NCBI GenBank assembly: GCA_945877755.1
Contig: CAMCSP010000001.1
Span: 1-52,457 of the forward strand
Length of the DNA: 52,457 nucleotides
Source of the DNA: Rickettsia typhi
GTDB lineage: Bacteria; Pseudomonadota; Alphaproteobacteria; Rickettsiales; JABSSG01
Reading direction: 5' to 3'
Shown piece after piece: positions 50,025 through 52,457 of the stretch (the first letter of the stretch is position 1; every line of letters starts with the position of its first letter). The notes below the pieces were generated by a model. It was given only the letters and a program-made list of their open reading frames with translations, was not told where the DNA came from and made no database searches. Both the position numbers and the translations under genes were made by a program.

Positions 50025-50346
50025 ATTGTAGTTAGAATAGTCTGAAAATAAAAATTGATAATATTAATCATTAAAATATACTATGAATAGTTTATTGGGA
50101 TAACATAAGTAAGAAGAATTAAAATCTTAATGAACACGAGATAAGGGTAGGGGGTAACGCACATAATCAGTGTTATTATTTTAGTTATTTGCGATTTTTA
50201 TTGACTGTGCATTAATTTTGGCTAAAGTTGTTAAAAATAAATAATAAATTATTACTTTACATTGAAAGAAGAAGTTGTTAATATTATTTAAATATTAAGT
50301 AATATTAATTTTAAGAGAAACTATTAATTTATAAAAGAGGAATAAT

Positions 50347-51903
50347 ATGGCTAGATCAGAAAGATTTAAACAAATTAGATTAGAGACAATTAGAAATTTA
50401 CCAAAGGAACAACATACCGAGCAAAGCTTGAAGATAGCAAATGAAATAATAGCTGCTGAGACTAATCATAATCCTGTAGCTAATACTGATAAATATAGCG
50501 TAAGGGTGGGGCATACTTTAGTTGTCGATGCTAAGAATTCTGTACTTCTTAATGATACAGATGCTGATGGTGATAAGCTTGAGGTTATACCTGCTACAGT
50601 TAAGTCTGCTAACGGTGTTGATATAACAATTGATAAGGATGGTACATTTACTTACGATGCTAAATCAGCTGCTGCAGGTCCAGATAGTTTTACGTACCAA
50701 GTTAGTGATGGTCGTGGTGGAATAACAACTGGGACTGTAGAGATTAATGTAGTAGCTAACACTCCTCCAGTAGCAAACACTGATGACTATAGCATAAGAG
50801 CAGGAGATACTTTAGTTGTCGATGCTAAGAATTCTGTGCTTCTTAATGATACAGATGCTGATGGTGATAAGCTTGAGGTTATACCTGCTACAGTTATTTC
50901 TGATAATGGTATTTCTGTAGCAATTGATAAGGATGGTACATTTACTTACGATGCTAAATCAGCTGCTGCAGGTCCAGATAGTTTTACGTACCAAGTTAGT
51001 GATGGTCATGGTGGAGTAGTAACTGGGACTGTAAAGATTAATGTAGTAGCTAACACTCCTCCGGTAGCAAATAAAGATGTTTATAAAGTAAGGGTAGGAG
51101 ATACTTTAGTTGTTAATGCTAAGAATTCTGTGCTTCTTAATGATAAAGATGCTGACGGTGATAAGCTTGAGGTTATACCTGCTACAGTTAAGTCTGATAA
51201 AGGTATTGATGTAACAATTGATAAGGATGGTATTTTTACTTATAGTTCTACTATTGTAGGTCTACATAGCTTTCCATACACAGTTAGTGATGGTCATGGT
51301 GGAATAACAATTGGGACTGTAGAGATTTATGTAGAGCCAGCGTCAACAACACCACCACCAGCATGTGCGCCAATTATTGGTGATCCTAAGGCATTTGCGT
51401 TCAAAGTATCACAAGCTGTGGAGTATAGGTATTATGCTGAGAAAGCAAAAAAGGTGGAGAAAGGGATTGCTGCAGACAAATTAGCGAAAGCCACTGGTCC
51501 TACTGCTAAATATTATGATACTGTTAGTAAGAAGGTAAATGAGGACACATTAAAGGCATTACTTAAAAAGGGTGAATTCACTTTTGTGGATGGCGCGGAT
51601 CCATCACAAAATCTCTGTGGTAAAGCAGAGCTTGGTGGATATTGTTCTTATACGGTAAAAACTAAGGACCGTCTCTCAGAAGTAAAGATCAACAAGTACT
51701 TAGGTAATGTTGAGAATGCCGAACACATAGTAATGAAAAAGAGTATTTGTGAGTTAAAGAAGACTTATAGTAATGAGTGTATCAAAGAATATGTGAAAGA
51801 TTTTTGTAGTGATGCTTCATTGGTAAGTGGTACTAATGCAGAACATACAGATAGGGGTATTTGTGGAGCTGATTATAGTTTCATTGATCATATCGCTTGT
51901 TAA
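50347..51903 (+). CDS. cadherin-like tandem-repeat protein (3 x 98 aa) with an uncharacterised Cys-rich C-terminal domain
   Basis: AGAGGA Shine-Dalgarno 6 nt upstream. The repeats carry VANTD.Y.V..G.TLVV.A.NSVLLND.DADGD.LEVI...DG.FTY...G.DSF.Y.VSDG.GG...GTV.I.V, the pattern of the cadherin-like/tandem-95 repeats of giant adhesins. No signal peptide. The last 185 aa or so hold all 8 Cys. Confidence 0.8.
   Translation: MARSERFKQIRLETIRNLPKEQHTEQSLKIANEIIAAETNHNPVANTDKYSVRVGHTLVVDAKNSVLLNDTDADGDKLEVIPATVKSANGVDITIDKDGTFTYDAKSAAAGPDSFTYQVSDGRGGITTGTVEINVVANTPPVANTDDYSIRAGDTLVVDAKNSVLLNDTDADGDKLEVIPATVISDNGISVAIDKDGTFTYDAKSAAAGPDSFTYQVSDGHGGVVTGTVKINVVANTPPVANKDVYKVRVGDTLVVNAKNSVLLNDKDADGDKLEVIPATVKSDKGIDVTIDKDGIFTYSSTIVGLHSFPYTVSDGHGGITIGTVEIYVEPASTTPPPACAPIIGDPKAFAFKVSQAVEYRYYAEKAKKVEKGIAADKLAKATGPTAKYYDTVSKKVNEDTLKALLKKGEFTFVDGADPSQNLCGKAELGGYCSYTVKTKDRLSEVKINKYLGNVENAEHIVMKKSICELKKTYSNECIKEYVKDFCSDASLVSGTNAEHTDRGICGADYSFIDHIAC
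50476..51345 (+). repeat. three tandem 294-bp coding repeats (50476-50769, 50770-51063, 51064-~51345)
   Basis: The same GTA codon recurs at 50476, 50770 and 51064. Stretches of about 90 bp differ by a single base between units 1 and 2. Confidence 0.9.
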
Positions 51904-51918
51904 TAGTTTGTAAAATTA

Positions 51919-51953
51919 CTCATACTCCTGAACTTAAATCTCAGGAGTATGAG
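51919..51953 (+). terminator. 13-bp perfect hairpin 16 nt after the repeat-protein stop
   Basis: CTCATACTCCTGA - ACTTAAATC - TCAGGAGTATGAG. No T-tract follows. Confidence 0.45.
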
Positions 51954-52192
51954 CAACATATGATCTAATTAATAGCATAAGGATGCAAATGCAAAATTAG
52001 CATCAATTATGGTAATAAGTACTAATAAAATAGTACTAAAATTTAGTTACAGTAACTCACTTAATAATTATTGCTGTTGATGAATCTGTGTTATCAAGTA
52101 TATATACTACAAGGTAAGTTGCGCAGCTCTGATATATTATTAGGTATCGCTGTATATTTTCTAAAAAAACATATTTTCCAAATAAAAAACTG

Positions 52193-52221
52193 TTGACAAT
52201 ACACTCTAACAAGAGTATTAA
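52193..52221 (+). promoter_or_regulatory. sigma70-type promoter candidate upstream of the transposase (TTGACA-N17-TATTAA)
   Basis: Hexamers read directly, about 140 nt upstream of the transposase ATG. Confidence 0.25.
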
Positions 52222-52363
52222 TATAAGTTAATATTATTTAACGAGAGTGTTAAGATGTATTAATGTTTTTGTTTTAATTAGTGGGACTAAATATAGTATA
52301 ATATAAAAATTTTCCTGGCTATGCAGTTGACTCCACTAGCTACTACATGTAGTATTGGTTATT

Positions 52364-52457
52364 ATGAATATTAAACCGTCAAATTTGATTGAATTAATGG
52401 ATATGTTTCCAACTGAAGAGTCGTGTTTAGAATATTTGAGTCTGGTACGTTGGCCTG
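52364..52457 (+). mobile_element. IS1595-family transposase, N-terminal 31 codons (runs off window)
   Basis: MNIKPSNLIELMDMFPTEESCLEYLSLVRWP matches the F.TEE.C..YL...RWP start of the IS1595-type transposase zinc-ribbon domain. Element ends not identifiable. Confidence 0.55.

Noticed and set aside
50290-50315. CtrA-box-like TTAA...TTAA motif upstream of the repeat gene, next to chpT
   Set aside because: The spacing read from the sequence is N6, not the N7 of the canonical TTAA-N7-TTAA. In DNA this AT-rich such motifs occur by chance.
50476-51345. Tandem direct repeats as a possible CRISPR array or satellite
   Set aside because: The period is 294 bp and the units are contiguous with no unique spacers. 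They lie in one continuous reading frame that encodes a protein-domain repeat.

Overview
AT-rich bacterial chromosome segment (about one-third G+C by eye, standard genetic code), tightly packed with housekeeping genes. Gene content points to an obligate-intracellular alphaproteobacterium of the Rickettsiales/Holosporales type: ChpT phosphotransferase, a Tim44-like protein, LpxI, CcmAB, AmpG, and a 23S-5S rRNA operon with its own promoter and no 16S or spacer tRNAs upstream. I cannot name the species from sequence alone. The core content falls into three groups. Metabolism and information processing: smpB, dapA, acnA, ccmAB, ilvE, lysA, miaA, aroK, pepA-holC, mutS, ampG, tRNA-Glu, rimM and rsmI. 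Regulation: an EnvZ/OmpR-type two-component pair. Envelope: the conserved supercluster uppS-cdsA-dxr-rseP-bamA-skp-lpxD-fabZ-lpxA-lpxI. I see no CRISPR array, no recognisable defence, toxin-antitoxin or secretion operon, and no prophage. Four things are worth a second look. (1) At 49.6-52.4 kb, a long non-coding leader precedes a leaderless protein made of three near-identical 98-aa cadherin-like repeats with small hypervariable patches and an unrecognised 8-Cys C-terminal domain; a partial IS1595-type transposase follows. (2) At 36.3-38.2 kb, an FkbM-type methyltransferase gene is bracketed by a 62-bp direct repeat that duplicates the 3' end of aroK. (3) rseP is split by a +1 frameshift in an A8 tract inside the otherwise intact envelope operon. 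(4) Smaller items include an LptM-like lipoprotein ORF missing from the ORF track and overlapping the lysA start, a membrane/spermidine-synthase-like fusion, an orphan substrate-binding protein, and a possible IS1-like remnant behind the rRNA operon. All family calls rest on motif recognition by eye; no database search was run.
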